This document shows positions 54,597 to 64,000 of a DNA stretch of 64,000 nucleotides, one piece after another. How positions within the stretch are numbered: the first letter of the stretch is position 1; each line of letters opens with the position of its first letter. This DNA comes from Candidatus Hydrogenedentota bacterium (GTDB taxonomy: Bacteria > Hydrogenedentota > Hydrogenedentia > Hydrogenedentales > SLHB01), in assembly GCA_045863295.1 (NCBI GenBank), contig BTWA01000003.1:96001-160000 (forward strand), in the 5' to 3' direction. Below the pieces are notes generated by a model. That model saw only the letters and a list, made by a program, of their open reading frames with translations. It was not told the origin of the DNA and searched no databases. Both the position numbers and the translations under genes were made by a program.

Positions 54597-56792
54597 TTAC
54601 TCTTTGTGTTCACTGCCATCTGTTCGGACGCCCACGCCTTCGTCGAACGGCATTGTGAGAATGGGCATAACCCAAACCGCGGGTGTGCGAGCATCAGTTC
54701 CCATCCACTCCGTAATGTCCAGTGGATTGTTCAGCTTGGTGCATAGCACTTTGATATCCGCAAAGGGATCATCGCCATTGGCGAAACGGAATGGTACCCA
54801 TGCCATTCTTTCATAATAAAAGCTGCCCTTACGCACTGGCATCATGCGTGTAAAGTTCATCCCGCCAAACGGATAAACGAGTGGGCGTGACCAATAGATC
54901 CAAGGTCCATTCTGGACGTAGTAGTAGGGTTGAGTGAGGCTGGGTTCCTTGGCATACCTATTGCCGCATTCGAAAGCGAGTGAGATTTGCGCAAATCCGA
55001 CGCCTTTCTCCCGGTTAATCAGTGCCATCCAAGGCGTGTCGGCCGGAATCTCGAGCGCGTGAATCGGGTGCTTCCGGGACGTCTCAACATCCAGGGTGCC
55101 GACATGGCCAAGCGGATCTTGCCAAACAAATTCATTTAACACGGCGTGGTTGAATACAAGTTCGCCATTGCGCACCGCCTGAACAAACTGTTCCGCTTGC
55201 ACTTCCATCAAAGAAGTCATGACAGTGTAAGGCTGTTGAGCATAGAATTCATAGGAAACGGCCGCGTGAACATTGTCAATGAATGGCATGGCCGCGTGAC
55301 GTTCGGTGCGATGCATAATTGGGCCGGTCTTCTGGTCCATTGCGGGCTTTTCCCAATCGCTTATGTGGACCCAGGGCTTGGGCGGCGGGTAAAAATCCGG
55401 ATTCCAGTGTACGGCACCGTTGGTTTCCAGTTTGTGCTCCAATAACACCGGATCCCCGTTACCCAAAACCGTTACCTGCTCGACAGAGCCGCTGTTCACC
55501 GAGAGAAAATACCGGAACCACTTGTTTTCCACCGTCTGGCTCAGACCCTCGCCGCCGGTGATTTTCAGATCGCTATCATATGCCGGCGCTTCGGCCTTGG
55601 GATTTCCATACACGACGTAGTAGATCCGCTCTTCATACGGAAGCACATCCGCCAGAAACACTAACTCAACCGTGGTCGTTGCATCGTACCGGTGCAGCCG
55701 CTCCTTGGTCTCCGGGTCAATTTCGACAATGGCCAGTACTTTCTCGTCTCGCCAGGTCTCTACGTTCTTCACCTGCACTGGCGCCATCACGTAGCCGTCG
55801 GAGCCAGCCTTTGGATTGGTGGGATCGTAGGTGACTATGCGAATTTCCTTTGCCGGATCGGTGATGTCATCGGCAAATAGTCCCAGCGCAAGGTGGACCG
55901 GCTCGCCCTCGCGCCGGAGCCCGGCGGTCTCATGCAGCTTAATGGACACAAAATGCGGCCAGTCGGCATTCCAATAGCCGCCGCTGGCCGGCGCCGTGCC
56001 CTCAGCCTCGTACGTCGACTCCGCACCCGACTTGTCTTTCCAAGTGACTTTAACTGCGTGCTTCGACCCGTTGGTCCAGGTCACCGGGGCCACCACACGA
56101 AAATTGCGGTTGCCCCCGATGTGGCCGGTATAGCTTTCTCCTTCGGGAATCTCGGATGCGGCCTTTTTCTCCGGGTGCTCCATACCTTCATTAAAGTAGC
56201 GCGCATCGCGGTTCCACACGCCGTCCACCTCCACGCGCGTGACCTCGCCGGGCTGTACAATTTCCTTGGGCACGTTGAATGTAACATGATGATACGGGAA
56301 TTCCGGCGAGGGTCCGCCGAATCCTACCGAAGTGGCTCCGTAGGACTCGGGCGCGGCTGCATTTACCGCGAAGTGCACGGGCGTGCCCTTCTCGCTTGTG
56401 CCGTCCACAGCGACTTCGTACGGTTTGCCCGGTTGCCATTGGCTGTAGGCATAGATGGCGAACGGCTCGGTGCCATGCACGACGCGATGCTTATTCATGA
56501 TTCCCAGGTTCAGGACAATGAAGCGCTCGGCGGGACTGCCGTTGATGGTGACTTTGTCCACCTTGAAGGGATCGGTTTTGGGCATGGCGAACTCAGCAAC
56601 CAGATCGTACGGCATGCGGTCCAGTTGGTTGACGCCTTGAAACTGCAGCGAGTCGGGTTTGGCGGGTGCGCCGTCTTCCCCGTATCCCGACGGCCGGGGA
56701 TGCAATACCGGATTAGCCGCGACGGCGGCGGCGCACAGGCAGAAAAACATCGTTGCAATGAGCGCATCTCTTAGAATACGCACCTTCCGCAT
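54597..56792 (-). CDS. secreted hypothetical protein, paralogue of 52806-54542
   Basis: GGAGG RBS and signal peptide. Same shared blocks, plus one extra N-terminal repeat domain. Confidence 0.75.
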   Translation of the reverse strand: MRKVRILRDALIATMFFCLCAAAVAANPVLHPRPSGYGEDGAPAKPDSLQFQGVNQLDRMPYDLVAEFAMPKTDPFKVDKVTINGSPAERFIVLNLGIMNKHRVVHGTEPFAIYAYSQWQPGKPYEVAVDGTSEKGTPVHFAVNAAAPESYGATSVGFGGPSPEFPYHHVTFNVPKEIVQPGEVTRVEVDGVWNRDARYFNEGMEHPEKKAASEIPEGESYTGHIGGNRNFRVVAPVTWTNGSKHAVKVTWKDKSGAESTYEAEGTAPASGGYWNADWPHFVSIKLHETAGLRREGEPVHLALGLFADDITDPAKEIRIVTYDPTNPKAGSDGYVMAPVQVKNVETWRDEKVLAIVEIDPETKERLHRYDATTTVELVFLADVLPYEERIYYVVYGNPKAEAPAYDSDLKITGGEGLSQTVENKWFRYFLSVNSGSVEQVTVLGNGDPVLLEHKLETNGAVHWNPDFYPPPKPWVHISDWEKPAMDQKTGPIMHRTERHAAMPFIDNVHAAVSYEFYAQQPYTVMTSLMEVQAEQFVQAVRNGELVFNHAVLNEFVWQDPLGHVGTLDVETSRKHPIHALEIPADTPWMALINREKGVGFAQISLAFECGNRYAKEPSLTQPYYYVQNGPWIYWSRPLVYPFGGMNFTRMMPVRKGSFYYERMAWVPFRFANGDDPFADIKVLCTKLNNPLDITEWMGTDARTPAVWVMPILTMPFDEGVGVRTDGSEHKE

Positions 56793-56864
56793 GGTGGTTC
56801 CTCCCAAGTCGATCGGTCAGTTAAGTGGGTTCGATGCACGCGAACCGCTTCTTGCGCACGCATA

Positions 56865-56932
56865 ACCATAGCGCGATGCAAACGCACTGTCAAAGCCCAA
56901 ACTTGACAGGGGGACCACGGAGAAGCGATACT
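56865..56932. promoter_or_regulatory. back-to-back divergent sigma-70 promoters
   Basis: Minus: TTGACA (56893-56888), 17 nt, TATGGT (56870-56865). Plus: TTGACA (56903-56908), 18 nt, GATACT (56927-56932). Confidence 0.5.
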
Positions 56933-57049
56933 GTTTTTATTGCGTGGGCGAGTATGGGCACGCATGCCCGGATAGATTCGATCCGGGTTCTGGTCCGCAG
57001 GACCTGCCTTCATTTCATACGGGACCAAACTCCTGCAAGGAGAGTAGTT

Positions 57050-57952
57050 ATGTCTCGTCCCCTGATTTCAGTGTGTCTCAATACCTATCGGCGGCCGATG
57101 GTGTACGATTGTTTGCAGTCTATACAAAGCCAAGTCTTGCCGCCGGAGGTCAGCCTCGAAATTGTGATTTCCGACAATGATGCGGACGGATCCGGCCGCG
57201 AACATGTGGATCGCTTTCGATCGGAAGGCGGGCTGCCCGTTTCGTACGCCGTAGTGCCGGAGAAAAACATTGCGGTCGCGCGCAATGATGCATTACGGCG
57301 CGCGCAAGGAGATTGGATTGCATTCATTGACGACGATGAAACGGCCGATTCAAATTGGTTGAACACGCTTTACACCTACGCCTTGGAAACCGGCGCGGAT
57401 GTGGTGCTGGGATCTGTGAAAGCTCATTATCACGCGGGTGCACCCTCCTGGTTTGTTCGCGCGGATCCTATGTCGAAATGTTGGGGGCCCAAAGGCACCC
57501 GGATGTTCACGGGTTCGACCTGCAACGCCTTTGTGCGGCGCGCGGCGTTGGATCGGCTGGACGGCTATTTCGATCCCACGCTGGGAATTGTCGGAGGCGA
57601 TGACGCCGATTTGTTCGCACGTCTTGCCCGTACCGGTGCTGTCATCCTGATGTGCCCGGATGCGAGAGTGTTCGAAGACACCCCCCCTGCCCGCACGACA
57701 CTGGACTATCAGCGGCGCCGGGCATTGCGCGTGGGTCAGACCTATGCGCGCATCATGTTAAAAAGTCGCACTCCGGCAGCGGCCGCCTGGTTCTATGCCA
57801 ATGCTTGGATTCGATGGGTGGTGCTGGCCGTTTCAACGCCCGTCATCCGGCCGTTTCGCCGCGACGTGGGACTGCGTCTGCAAATAATCTCCTGGCGGAA
57901 CGCCGGCAAGATTCGTGAATTGCTTGGCCGGGAAATTGTACAGATGTACTGA
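57050..57952 (+). CDS. GT2 glycosyltransferase (ExoM-like)
   Basis: AAGGAG RBS. ISVCLNTYRR, DND, NIA.ARN, AFIDDDE, W L..L, GGDD..LF.R. Confidence 0.88.
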   Translation: MSRPLISVCLNTYRRPMVYDCLQSIQSQVLPPEVSLEIVISDNDADGSGREHVDRFRSEGGLPVSYAVVPEKNIAVARNDALRRAQGDWIAFIDDDETADSNWLNTLYTYALETGADVVLGSVKAHYHAGAPSWFVRADPMSKCWGPKGTRMFTGSTCNAFVRRAALDRLDGYFDPTLGIVGGDDADLFARLARTGAVILMCPDARVFEDTPPARTTLDYQRRRALRVGQTYARIMLKSRTPAAAAWFYANAWIRWVVLAVSTPVIRPFRRDVGLRLQIISWRNAGKIRELLGREIVQMY

Positions 57953-58016
57953 TTCCGTGGTGGTCCCGTTGATACACTAGGTTTGGCTGCCAATACGTAT
58001 ACCGGGAACCTCCGTC

Positions 58017-59468
58017 ATGTCCGATCCAATTCCGTCTGTTGCCGCCATTCTGATGGCGGAAGGCGACCCTGACAGAATCCTCCTCGTCCGAAGAAATCTT
58101 GTGCTCCGGTTTATGGGGGGATTCCACGTCTTCCCGGGAGGGCGCATCGAAGCTCAGGAAAGTACGCTGAATGTCGACGCGGCAGACCATGCCGGACACG
58201 CGGCCGCGATCCATGCCGTAGCGCGAGAAGTATTCGAGGAGACTGGTATTCTTTGCACGCGCGGCCCGAGGCCGCCGGCAGAAGAACTTCACGATATGCG
58301 GGTAAAACTATTGGCAGAGGCCATTACGTTTGACGATGTTCTCCTTCGCTCCTCTCTTCGAATACACGCGGCGGATTTCAGACCTGCGGGCCGCTGGGTT
58401 ACGCCACCGTTCATGCCTATTCGTTTCGACACACAATACTTTTTGTATAGCTGCGAGACGCCGGCCGATGTGCAAATCATTGAAGGCGAAATCATCGACT
58501 TTGGTTGGTACTCTCCAGAGGAGGCGCGCACATTGTGGCAGAAGGGAAGCATAAAACTGCCGCACCCGGTGGCTTTCGCATTGCGCCAATTGTCGCTTCG
58601 CGACCGGCCGGATCTCTTGGACCGGCTCTGTGAGACCTCCGTGAGCAAAGATTCAAGTATCGGACGCATTGAAACACGCAGAGGAATTCACGTATTACCG
58701 CTGGAAACATCGGGCTTGCCCCCGGCCACGCATACGAATTGCGTCCTTGTGGGCGAAGATGATCTGTTTGTAATCGATCCGGGACCGGGTCCGGGATCTG
58801 GGCGTATAGGTTTGCTTGATCAGCTTGACCAACTGTGCCGCAACGGCGCCCGAATACATGCCGTACTGCTCACCCACGGCCACCCCGATCATGTGGGATC
58901 AGCGGAATGGGTAAAGGCTCACTGCGGGGCTCCTATATGGGCACACCGGAACACGAGGCTCAGTTTCGCGCCTGATCGATACCTCGAAGACGGCGACGTG
59001 ATTCCATTGGCCGGAGATCCGGGATGGCGGCTACGCTGCCTTCACACACCGGGTCATGATCCGGGTCATCTCTGCTTTTTCGAAGAGTCCACTCGAACGG
59101 TCATTGCGGGGGATTTGGTTTCCGGTCACGGATCCGTGGTCATTGCGCCGGACAACGGAGGTGAGATGACGGCCTATCTGGCAAGTCTTCGACGCGTACA
59201 GGCAATCGCGGCCAAACTGATCATTCCCGCGCACGGATTCCCCATAGGCAAGCCCGATGAATTTATCCTGAATACCCTAGACCATCGGCTCACTCGGGAA
59301 GCGAGGATAAAGGCCGCCCTGGACGGCGGTCTCGAAACGGAAGAGGCCCTGTTGGCAGAGGCATACAAGGATGTTCACGAATCGTTGTGGCCGCTGGCGC
59401 GACAGAGTCTTCGCGCCCACCTTGCACGTCTGCGGGCGAACACGGTTGAACAAAAAAGCCCGGATTGA
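58017..59468 (+). CDS. NUDIX hydrolase / MBL-fold metallo-hydrolase (LACTB2-like) fusion
   Basis: VFPGG...AVAREVFEETG and RFDT.YF. IDPG, THGHPDH, TPGH.PGH, AGD, PAHG. Confidence 0.88.
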   Translation: MSDPIPSVAAILMAEGDPDRILLVRRNLVLRFMGGFHVFPGGRIEAQESTLNVDAADHAGHAAAIHAVAREVFEETGILCTRGPRPPAEELHDMRVKLLAEAITFDDVLLRSSLRIHAADFRPAGRWVTPPFMPIRFDTQYFLYSCETPADVQIIEGEIIDFGWYSPEEARTLWQKGSIKLPHPVAFALRQLSLRDRPDLLDRLCETSVSKDSSIGRIETRRGIHVLPLETSGLPPATHTNCVLVGEDDLFVIDPGPGPGSGRIGLLDQLDQLCRNGARIHAVLLTHGHPDHVGSAEWVKAHCGAPIWAHRNTRLSFAPDRYLEDGDVIPLAGDPGWRLRCLHTPGHDPGHLCFFEESTRTVIAGDLVSGHGSVVIAPDNGGEMTAYLASLRRVQAIAAKLIIPAHGFPIGKPDEFILNTLDHRLTREARIKAALDGGLETEEALLAEAYKDVHESLWPLARQSLRAHLARLRANTVEQKSPD

Positions 59469-59484
59469 TCGTCAATCCGGGCTT
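59452..59484. terminator. terminator hairpin between convergent genes
   Basis: AAGCCCGGATTGA-TCG-TCAATCCGGGCTT with an A6 run on the left (U-tract for the minus strand). Confidence 0.7.
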
Positions 59485-59510
59485 GTCCTGGCCAACGACT
59501 TGTTCTTACC

Positions 59511-61652
59511 TCACGACGGCGCCGGCACGGGTTCCGCAGCCGGCAACTCGGGCGCGGGCGCCGAGCTTTCATCCAATACCGGTGTCAAGGGGCGGCTGCC
59601 GCGGCGGCCTTGGAACATGAGCAAATCGCCATCGATTGCGAGTTCGAACTGCTGCCCGCCGATGTCCATTTTTACTTTGCCATCGATAACCTCGTATTTA
59701 CCTTTCGGGCCGCGATTGAAGATCACGACGCCGTCTTCCTTGAAGTCAAGGCGCATTCGGTCACCGCGGCGCCATGTCGTACCAACAATGGTTTGTGCAT
59801 CCAACATGATACCGGTATGAATGATAGGCTCATCCGGCTGTTGGCGGCGTTCGCGGGGCGGGTTCTGAGCGACTATTGGCGAGTCCGGATCGAAGGTGTA
59901 CATCATGTAGCCGATAAACATTTCCTCGTACGTCTGTTCGCCAAAGTACACCGTCGCCGAGGGATCGGGATTTTGCGGGTTGCGCGGGGAGTTGTCAAAC
60001 GCTCCGGTCGCAATGATGCGCGTGCCACCCGGCAAATGCTTTGGCTCTTTTAGTTGGTATAACGTTTGCCAATTGAAATCGTAGTTGGGCACGGACAGCA
60101 ACACTTCCGACGTACCGTCGGGATACTGCGCCTCATACTGAAAGCGCTTGCCACGGTAGTGCATGTGCGGCGACATTGCCCACAAGACCGAATCACGTTC
60201 TATCAGGTGGCCGGCCTCAGTGGGGGCATCGTGACTTCCCGCAGGAATTTCAAAACGGGTATTGGATGCGGCACGCGTGGCCAGCACGCGATCCGGCACG
60301 CCTTCGTGAAAATAAAGGGCCATTTGCGGCCGATCGATTTCTTCTTTGCCGGTAGCGGTGTAGTGCAGTTGGAAATAGAACTTGGTGCCGGCCGGCAGGT
60401 ATTTGCCCGAATTCTCGGGGAATGCGTGTGGCTCCATACCGGGCACGTATCCCGCGAAGAAACCGTTCAAGCCGCTGTCCGGATCGGTCTGCTGGTCTTG
60501 CTTTTCCGGTGGAAACAGCTCAAACACCAGTATATGGTGCGCGACTTCACGGTTGCTCGGCCGCACTTCGACCGCACGAACCCACTTGTCTTCCTCTAAG
60601 CCCGAAGGCACTTCAATGTAACGGTAGTCAAAGACGCCGGTGGACGATACCTGCTGGTCTTCCGGTAGTGATATCACCATATCCGGCTCGCCCAATTTCC
60701 ATTCCGTCACGGGCATATCGGCCACGGATTCCAGCGGATCGATTTCTCCGTCGGCCGGCGAGCCCGCATCGATCCAGGCGACAAACTTCCGCAATTCGGC
60801 CGGAGTCAGAGCGCGATCATTTCCGAATTCGCCATGCTTGGGATCGGCGTGCCAAGGCGGCATCCGTTTGGACATCACCGCCTCCTTGATGGTGGGACCC
60901 CACGTTTTTACGCGCTGATGGCTTGAGAATGAAAATGGACCCACGTTGCCGGGGCTGTGACACGCAACACACTTGCCCTGCACAATGGGCACGATATCCT
61001 GCGTGTACGATACGTCTTTCACCGCCGCCGCAAAGAAGATTTTGCAGCCCTTCACCGGCGTTGACTTGACCTTGATCTCCTCGCCCTTCAGCAGCGCCTG
61101 GATTGCATCGTCCAGCCAGGTTTCGGTGGGCTCGGGTTTACGGGCCGTATAGTCGATGCTGTCGTCGATCGCCCCGCGGTAGAGAATTGCCCAATCCTTT
61201 GGATTGATTAGGATGGCTTCGCAGGTCCGCTCGACGCCAAGCGACTTCACCACCAATTGCGCTTCATCAAGCAGGATGGGGATATCTATGCCGAATTCCT
61301 TCGCTTCGCTCGCCACGTCTTCCCGTGTGTCGAGCGGGTTGCCGTTCAACATAAGGAAAACGACGCCCTCGGGGGCATATTTGTCACGCAGGGCTTTCAA
61401 AGCCGGCACGCTTTTTTGCGCAATCGGGCAGCCATTACCCGTGGTATACAGCACAATGGCTTTTGAATCCGCTCCGTACCGGTGCAACTCATGCGACTGA
61501 CCGAGATGATCCATGAGCCGGAAATTCTCGGCCTTCGCGGGTTTGGCGGTTTCGGCGGGCGTTTCGCTGTCGTGCTGCGCCCATGCGTACGAAACCATCA
61601 CTCCAATGGCCAGAAAGGTTCCGGCAACTCCGAAAACAACTGCGCGAATCAT
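59511..61652 (-). CDS. secreted redoxin + cytochrome c + copper type II (PHM/DBH-like) monooxygenase-domain protein, paralogue 2
   Basis: Signal peptide, redoxin fold (GNGCP..YRGAID), CVACH, MPPW, and AHH, QLHY, PHMH, EEM copper-ligand pattern. Confidence 0.82.
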   Translation of the reverse strand: MIRAVVFGVAGTFLAIGVMVSYAWAQHDSETPAETAKPAKAENFRLMDHLGQSHELHRYGADSKAIVLYTTGNGCPIAQKSVPALKALRDKYAPEGVVFLMLNGNPLDTREDVASEAKEFGIDIPILLDEAQLVVKSLGVERTCEAILINPKDWAILYRGAIDDSIDYTARKPEPTETWLDDAIQALLKGEEIKVKSTPVKGCKIFFAAAVKDVSYTQDIVPIVQGKCVACHSPGNVGPFSFSSHQRVKTWGPTIKEAVMSKRMPPWHADPKHGEFGNDRALTPAELRKFVAWIDAGSPADGEIDPLESVADMPVTEWKLGEPDMVISLPEDQQVSSTGVFDYRYIEVPSGLEEDKWVRAVEVRPSNREVAHHILVFELFPPEKQDQQTDPDSGLNGFFAGYVPGMEPHAFPENSGKYLPAGTKFYFQLHYTATGKEEIDRPQMALYFHEGVPDRVLATRAASNTRFEIPAGSHDAPTEAGHLIERDSVLWAMSPHMHYRGKRFQYEAQYPDGTSEVLLSVPNYDFNWQTLYQLKEPKHLPGGTRIIATGAFDNSPRNPQNPDPSATVYFGEQTYEEMFIGYMMYTFDPDSPIVAQNPPRERRQQPDEPIIHTGIMLDAQTIVGTTWRRGDRMRLDFKEDGVVIFNRGPKGKYEVIDGKVKMDIGGQQFELAIDGDLLMFQGRRGSRPLTPVLDESSAPAPELPAAEPVPAPS

Positions 61653-61688
61653 GGCCCACTCCCTGGTTACGCTTGTGGCATCCAACGC

Positions 61689-63704
61689 CTATTGGATACG
61701 CGGTACTGGCTCGCCGTCATCATACGTCAACTGATCGCCGTTGATTAAAAGGTCGTATTCATTCCCCAACACTTTCATTACAACACGCTGTCCGTCAAAC
61801 CACCAGCGGCCGCGGATGCCTTTGTTCACCTGAAGCTTGCCTTCCGCGTTGAATGTGAATTTGTAGCGGCCGCTTTGCCAGACCGTGCCGACAATATTTT
61901 CCTCGGTGATGGGAATTCCCGTGCGGATGGATTCAATTACTTCCTTCTCTTTATCCACCTTTACCGGTGCGTCGGGATCAAACGAGTAGTCCAGATACCC
62001 AATGAACATCTCGTCGAACGTCTGGTCGCCAAAATACACCGTTGTCGTCGGATCCGGGTTGTTTGGATTGCGCACTGAATTGTCGAATCCGCCGGAGGCA
62101 TGAATTACCGTGCCGGCCGGTAGCTTCTTCGGTTTCTGCAATTCGTAGATGTGCTGCCAATTGAAGTCATAGGCAGGCACCGACAACAACAGCTCGCGCT
62201 TGCCGTTGGGGTACTCGGCTTCGTACTTGAACCACTTGCCGCGAAGGTGCATGTGGGGAATCAGTTTGTGCAACGTGGCGTCGCGGTCGACCGTAAACTC
62301 CGCCGTGGTCGTGCTGTTGTAGTCGCCCGGCAGAATCTCAAAATCGATATTGTTCGCCGCGCGGGTCACAAACTCCCTCGCAGGCGGCGTATCGTGAAAA
62401 TATAGCGCCATTTGAGTACGTTCATGCTCTTCCTTGCCAGTCGCGGTGTAGTGATTCTGAAAAACAAAACGGGATCCGGCAGGCAAGAACTTGCCGGAAT
62501 CCTTGGGATATACCTGGGGATGGAACCCCGGTACATAGCCCGCGAAGAATCCCTCCAATCCGCCGTCGTTATCGTCGTCTTCGTCATCGTCCTCATTTTC
62601 GCGCCGGTTGGGTTCGCTGAGAAATACCAGCACGTGGTGAGTTACTTGCCGGTTGTTCGTGCGCACTTCGACCGCGCGCACCCACTTGTCTTCCGTAAGT
62701 CCGGAAGGCACGCCAAAGTAGCGATAGTCGAATACACCCGACGCGGGTATCACTTGATCCTCGGGCAATTCGACCAGCAAGTCCGGTTCACCAAGCGACC
62801 ACGCCGGCATTTCCATGTCTTCCACCGCTTCGAGCGGATCGACATCGCCATCCTTGGGCGCGCCCGCATCAAGCCATGCAAGCACGGTGCGGGTTTCCTT
62901 CGCAGACAAATCCCGCGCATTCGAAAATGCCCCAACCTCTTCGTCCGCGTGCCACGGCGGCATACGTTGAGTCATCAGGACTTCTTCGATCATCGGGCCC
63001 CAGGTTTGTACGCGGCGATGGCTGGAGAAACTGAATGGGCCAATATTGCCCGGACTGTGGCAACTTACACACTTGTTCTCGATGATCGGAACAATGTCGT
63101 TGACATACGAAACCTCTTGAGGCAACGGCTGGTACTTGATGGCCGTACCGTTGCTGGCTTCGCCTGACGTCACTTCTTTCCCTGCGATTACGGCCTCCAA
63201 AGCCGCCTTTAGCCCTGCTGCGGCACCACGATAGACAATTCCGCACTCTTTAGGTTCCACCACCAGGGCCTCTCCATTGCGCTCGAAGCCAAGACGGCGG
63301 GAGACCATTTGCGATTCGTCCATCAGAATTGGCAATGCCACACCCGCATCCGCAACGATGTCGGCCACGTGACCGCGCTTTTCCCGCTTGTTCGCGTCCA
63401 GAAAAAGGAAGACTACGCCTTGTTGGCCCAGTTCCTGGTGAAGGGCATTCAAGTTGGGCAGGTCAGCGCGAGACGTGTCGCACTTGGTCGAGAAGGAGTA
63501 GATAACAATGGCTTTCGCATCGGCGCAGTAGCGTGAAAGTTGATGCGCCTCGCCGTTCTGATCAATTAATAGGAAATCAGGGGCTTTGTTTGGCTTTACG
63601 CCGGGGTCGGCCTGTTCAACGTTTTGCCCCGCGGCAGTCAGAGCCAGCACCATCGTCAGCAGCACGTTCGTCACCCAAATCTTTCCAGCAAACCTTGACC
63701 GCAT
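61689..63704 (-). CDS. secreted redoxin + cytochrome c + copper type II (PHM/DBH-like) monooxygenase-domain protein, paralogue 1
   Basis: Signal peptide, APDF.L.D..G redoxin start, CVSCH, MPPW, and THH, QNHY, PHMH, DEM. Start 63704 or 63713. Confidence 0.82.
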   Translation of the reverse strand: MRSRFAGKIWVTNVLLTMVLALTAAGQNVEQADPGVKPNKAPDFLLIDQNGEAHQLSRYCADAKAIVIYSFSTKCDTSRADLPNLNALHQELGQQGVVFLFLDANKREKRGHVADIVADAGVALPILMDESQMVSRRLGFERNGEALVVEPKECGIVYRGAAAGLKAALEAVIAGKEVTSGEASNGTAIKYQPLPQEVSYVNDIVPIIENKCVSCHSPGNIGPFSFSSHRRVQTWGPMIEEVLMTQRMPPWHADEEVGAFSNARDLSAKETRTVLAWLDAGAPKDGDVDPLEAVEDMEMPAWSLGEPDLLVELPEDQVIPASGVFDYRYFGVPSGLTEDKWVRAVEVRTNNRQVTHHVLVFLSEPNRRENEDDDEDDDNDGGLEGFFAGYVPGFHPQVYPKDSGKFLPAGSRFVFQNHYTATGKEEHERTQMALYFHDTPPAREFVTRAANNIDFEILPGDYNSTTTAEFTVDRDATLHKLIPHMHLRGKWFKYEAEYPNGKRELLLSVPAYDFNWQHIYELQKPKKLPAGTVIHASGGFDNSVRNPNNPDPTTTVYFGDQTFDEMFIGYLDYSFDPDAPVKVDKEKEVIESIRTGIPITEENIVGTVWQSGRYKFTFNAEGKLQVNKGIRGRWWFDGQRVVMKVLGNEYDLLINGDQLTYDDGEPVPRIQ

Positions 63705-64000
63705 GATAGCCATCCTCTTGTCATTACCTACCGGTGGGTACGAATTCGCTTGACAGGCTCCCTTCGAAGGAACCCCTGTCGACCGGATTGGCACAACCTC
63801 GCACAAATTCGAATTGCATGGATATTCGGCAATCGGCACATCGCGCAGAAATGCCGCAAATTACTGATACGAATACCTTTACGGAATAAGCTCCGTTCAC
63901 CATGAGAGCGGGGGCGACCATGCCACTACGAGGCCGGTCCCCGCCAAGCTACGACGATTCCACAGCTAGACGATACACGATACTGGTCTTTTTGACAAGG

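Overview
64-kb GC-rich bacterial chromosomal window with about 50 CDS and one tRNA-Arg(CCT). It has no rRNA, CRISPR array, intact transposase or prophage. The gene content (C-terminally extended ECF sigma factor, DUF1553/DUF1501 pair, CehA/McbA-type PHP hydrolases, redoxin-cytochrome c-copper monooxygenase fusions) resembles PVC/Hydrogenedentota-type genomes; that assignment is inference only. Recognisable genes are glgC, rfbA, an ArfB-like factor, G1P dehydrogenase, a CPA2 K+/H+ antiporter, flotillin/NfeD, an Alg13/Alg14-like glycosylation cluster and a hicB with a broken hicA. The most unusual signals are: (i) two coupled ~780-aa paralogues that fuse a radical-SAM-like barrel lacking the CxxxCxxC motif, a 4-Cys site, an unknown beta-rich domain and a GT-A glycosyltransferase; (ii) an operon of two minimal secretins with a TPR lipoprotein; (iii) two secreted paralogues sharing an unnamed repeated domain; (iv) a 199/247-bp MITE-like element present twice, each time at a stop codon between convergent genes; (v) a 51-aa small membrane protein absent from the ORF track. 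All calls come from reading motifs by eye; no database searches were run.
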